Shown in pieces: positions 60,567 to 64,000 of a stretch of 64,000 bases of DNA. The DNA comes from Cladosporium halotolerans (lineage: Eukaryota). Both the position numbers and the translations under genes were made by a program. How positions within the stretch are numbered: the stretch's first letter is position 1; each line of letters begins with the position of its first letter. Location of the stretch: assembly GCF_011745625.1 (NCBI RefSeq), contig NW_027191463.1, positions 186,001 to 250,000 of the forward strand, read 5' to 3'. The notes below the pieces were generated by a model. That model made no database searches. It was not told where the DNA came from and worked only from the letters and a program-made list of their open reading frames with translations.

Positions 60567-60842
60567 ATGTGCCAGGTACGCGAATCTCAGACGCAGGCAC
60601 AATATGTATTGTTCGGGTAGCCGCTGACTCACCGCAAGTTCGAGGTCATTCACTTCCAATGCAGGCACTCGGGCAGACGCCTGATCAAACATTGCCACTT
60701 TGCCCGGAACGATCCAAACCATCAGTGCTGCGGCGCCTGGTCGGTCAAGCGAGAATGGATCAGTGCCAATCAAGTCTGTCAAGCTTGTGGCCAGCAAGGC
60801 GCTGCTCGGAGGACTGAGCAGCATGGTCGCATTCGGACTTGA
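60567..60842 (+). CDS. 70-aa Cys/His-rich microprotein, putative zinc-binding; 1 intron
   Basis: ATG TGC CAG|GTACGC...GCTGAC...AAG (intron 60576-60638) gives MCQFEVIHFQCRHSGRRLIKHCHFARNDPNHQCCGAWSVKREWISANQVCQACGQQGAARRTEQHGRIRT*. Good start context GCCATG. Confidence 0.7.
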
Positions 60843-61171
60843 ATTCGTGGCACCACTGGATTCGGCGCCGAGATGGCGCATATCGGAGATCTTATGTTGT
60901 ATCTGGGAGGGAGTTTTGGAGCATCGGCGTTGGACGGACATACCCATTGCGTGATTTCTTGCATTCGGAGGGCTACCACCATTTGGGATTTCCTTCTGAT
61001 GATAAGTTATGACCGTTGCTCAGAAAAATTGCTCAGGCCAGTTTGGGGCGGCGAATGTTGGCGTTTGATGATTCTGCTTTGGAGAGAACAAGAGAAATTC
61101 ACATTTCCCGAGGTCATAAGACGTTTCAAATTTTGACATAACCCCGTGCTTTCAACCGCTTCAAGCTGTCT

Positions 61172-61643
61172 TCAGAAGTTTGTCGCACCCTCAACTTTGC
61201 CTTTGATGTTGTAGCGCTTGCTGAAGAATGTGAACCAGTCACTGAGCACTTTCTTGTGCTCGTCGGAGAGGTCAGACCAATCGGGACGGCACTCTTCAGG
61301 CTTCAGCGAAGACTGACCCAAGGCGCGGGAAGCATCCTTGCCGGCGAAAACTAGACAGACATCGTGAGTCCGCGAACCAGTGAGACTTGCATGACGACAG
61401 CTCACCCCTGTAAGATCCGTCCGGTCCGTACGCTTTGTTGCCGCTGACATCGAAAACAGTACCCTTGATAGCGACGTATGTGGGGTAATCAGGGTTAGTA
61501 CCTGATTCGAAATGGATCAATCATTGGTCTTTGCGAGATTTAGAGATGTCCAACACACCGTCACATTTCGACAGGTAGTCAACGCTGATGATATCGTCCC
61601 TGGGAGGGTCAAGCTCGACTTTGGTCTTAGGCTCGAAAGACAT
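61172..61643 (-). CDS. Small cytochrome b5-like heme/steroid-binding protein (MAPR family, no TM anchor); 2 introns
   Basis: LSKCD|GT...YVAIKGTVFDVS...YGPDGSY|VFAGKDASRAL...LSDWFTFFSKRYNIKG. Confidence 0.9.
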
Positions 61644-62124
61644 TTCGATGTACGTTCTACGTTAGCTAAAGGGAGGTCGTGTGAATCGATGAAAGCTGAC
61701 TCTCTCGTTTGTGGTCTTCTGGAAAGATCTCAGGATTTGATGTGAAGTAATCAGCAACGTGGAAGCCGAAAGAACGCTATTCCCGATTGGGAAGGCGTGG
61801 GGTGTGGTTCTCATCTATCAAGGTAATTGATTGCATTGCATTTACATGGAGGCATCCGATTTGTTCTAGTTGCTTGCATATACAAGTCACAAAATACGCG
61901 AAATTATTCTTGGAATCATTGTGAGTGCGAAATGGTGACCCTATCGCCATCTCATTTTCTCATGCACCTCTATTGCGAATGTGTACATACGTCAATTCCG
62001 AACTTCAAGCCAAGAGACCAACTGTGCGATTGCCGGCTTCCTCGTATATATGTTCAATCTCGAACGCCGAAACAGACTGGTTTGTAAACTTGTAGGTTCT
62101 ATCAAAGATTTTGTGATTGCCACA

Positions 62125-63349
62125 TCATTTTGAGTTTGGCTGCACTGGCTTGTCCGCCATGAGCTGAATCAACGAATGTACAACTTCTGCAGCTGCAAGC
62201 TGAGTTACTTCGCCTGGATTGTCGTAGATGGGCGCCACTTCAACTGTATCGGTATGTGTCAGTAAAAAGTGGGGCGAGGCTAGACGCAGTACTGGGATCT
62301 CCTTTCAACTCACCAACATCGCCGCCGATAACTTCCATGCCGGTGAGACCGTCAAGTATGGTCAGAAGCTCCCTAGTAGTCCATCCTCCAACTTCGGCTG
62401 TGCCGGTCGCTGGTGCGAAAGCGGGGTCCAGTACATCGATGTCGACGCTGATATAGACCTTGGTTCCTTGGAGTCTCTCCTTCAGCTTGTCGATCAAACC
62501 CTGCGTACCCAAGCGGTCAAGATCCCTGGCTCGGACAATCTCAAATCCACACGCTTTGTCGTTCTTGAGGTCGTATTTTCTGTTAGCTGTAGGAGCACGG
62601 ATACCAGCGTGGATTGATGAGTTCAACAAAAGGCCTTCCTCGTGCGCGATGTGTAGGAAAGTGCCGTGGTTCACCCCAGCGTAGTGAGAGACTCCTCCTC
62701 CGAGCACATCAGGATCCCACGTGTCAATATGACTATCCAGATGTAGAACACTCACGGCTCTCCAATGGTCATATGTGGACCGGAGAGCGCTGAGAGTGGT
62801 AGTGTGATCGCCACCAAGCGTCACGATTCGCGGGACGGAATACTCGGTGTTGTTTGCCTTGCGTGCAGACACAACACGATGAGCCTTGTCAAGCTGCCTC
62901 AGAGCGACAGTGTTGTCGAGTACCGTCAATGGCACGTCACCACAGTCAACGACCTTGAAGCCTTGGGTAAACGCATTCTTGCCAGTGTAGACGTTGAAGG
63001 CGAAGTCGGGCGAGATTCTGCGCGAGCCTTGCCGAATCCCAGTCGGTCCAAATCTTGCACCGGGGCGGGCAGTAACACCGGTGTCGAATGGGGCACCCAG
63101 CACAGCGATGTCGTATTTCTCTATTTCTTCGCCAGAGCGTGTGCTATTTGCCAGGCAGTGGACATATGGCACGTTGGCGTAAGTTGCCAGGCCATTGTAC
63201 AGGGGTTCTGAAATGTCACCAGTCTCGTACGCTAACGAGCCGATGTTGTTTCCGACGGGATGCTGGAGGCCTGATGTTGGAGGGAAGATGATCTCACGAG
63301 CGGAGACCAGAGCTGCGAACGCAAGAGCCGCTCCGAGGTATTGTGCCAT
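62125..63349 (-). CDS. Ureohydrolase (agmatinase / guanidinobutyrase-like) with an N-terminal signal-like peptide; 1 intron
   Basis: GAPFDTG, RPGARFGP, LGGDHT, HLDSHIDT, NHGT and SVDIDVLDPAFAPATGT. Last exon EVAPIYDNPGEVTQLAAAE...*. Confidence 0.93.
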
Positions 63350-63768
63350 TGCGGCAACTAGCACACAAAACCAAGTTTGTGGGAAGCGAAGACCGGCTTT
63401 TAATGAAAAGATGAATGCCTTATGTACTCATACGTATCATGCTTGAAAGAGGCCTATCTCTGATCGAGGTAGATCGGCTATGGGTCTTGATGTAGCCGGT
63501 TCCACCTTCCAAAGCGAGAGGGCGGAGTCCGCGGGGAGCGATAGACGGACCCCAGGAGGTTTGTCAGATCATGTTCACGATAAAGCGGCGTGGTCGGCAG
63601 TTAGACGTAGTGCCATGACATGCAGCAGATTTTGAAAATGCATATGAAACATTCAAATAAAAAATGTGAAGGCTTATTGGATGATACATATTCTACACGC
63701 TTGCCTCTGCTCCACGTATGCCATAATGCGTGGAGTTCTGTCGATGGGGGACACTGGCCGTTGCCAAA

Positions 63769-64000
63769 TTATTTCTTCTGCGCTTCCTCTTCTTCGACGG
63801 TGGTTTTCACGCCCGCAATGAAAGCTTCAACAGCTTCGCCTCCACCAAGAGGCATGACGCTACCTCTCATCGAGCCACCGTTCTCCACCTTGAGGCCAAG
63901 CGCATCGCCAATCATGGGCAAGCCGCCATCTCGCAATGCCACGGTCAAGCTGCCGAGACTCTGCTGCAGTTGCGGTGAATGGAAGACGCGCTTGATGATG
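63769..64000 (-). CDS. RPN13: 3' end of proteasome ubiquitin receptor Rpn13/ADRM1 (C-terminal deubiquitinase-adaptor region); partial
   Basis: Minus-strand translation IIKRVFHSPQLQQSLGSLTVALRDGGLPMIGDALGLKVENGG...GGGEAVEAFIAGVK...KK*. Runs off the window end. Confidence 0.75.
   Translation of the reverse strand, partial: IIKRVFHSPQLQQSLGSLTVALRDGGLPMIGDALGLKVENGGSMRGSVMPLGGGEAVEAFIAGVKTTVEEEEAQKK

Overview
Eukaryotic, intron-containing DNA from a filamentous ascomycete. Short GT-AG introns with CTRAC branch points, GC-rich coding sequence and Zn2Cys6 and bZIP regulators point to this; a Dothideomycete is my inference from protein style only. About 29 protein genes are supported. Housekeeping genes include CK2 beta, SGT2, TMA20, CCDC25/JLP2-like, EMC5, BOR1-like, a PCP1-like rhomboid, HSP78, EF-1beta, NOP4, a cytochrome b5/MAPR protein, an agmatinase-like enzyme and the 3' end of RPN13. 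There are also a CE8 pectinesterase, an intron-containing tRNA-Lys(CTT) and a U18/snR18 C/D snoRNA inside an EF-1beta intron. The most interesting items are: (1) an unannotated, extensively base-paired ~1.06 kb minus-strand segment (29.9-31.0 kb), closed by a long terminal helix, that looks like a large structured non-coding RNA; (2) a five-gene sugar/polyol oxidoreductive cluster (13.9-23.4 kb) with a Gal4-like regulator and exact Gal4-type CGG-N11-CCG sites upstream of both transporters; (3) a possible CUG-initiated N-terminal extension of CK2 beta; (4) a spliced 70-aa Cys/His microprotein missing from the ORF track; and (5) a bZIP gene with two possible C-termini. All product calls come from motif recognition by eye, with no database searches, and intron boundaries were read manually.
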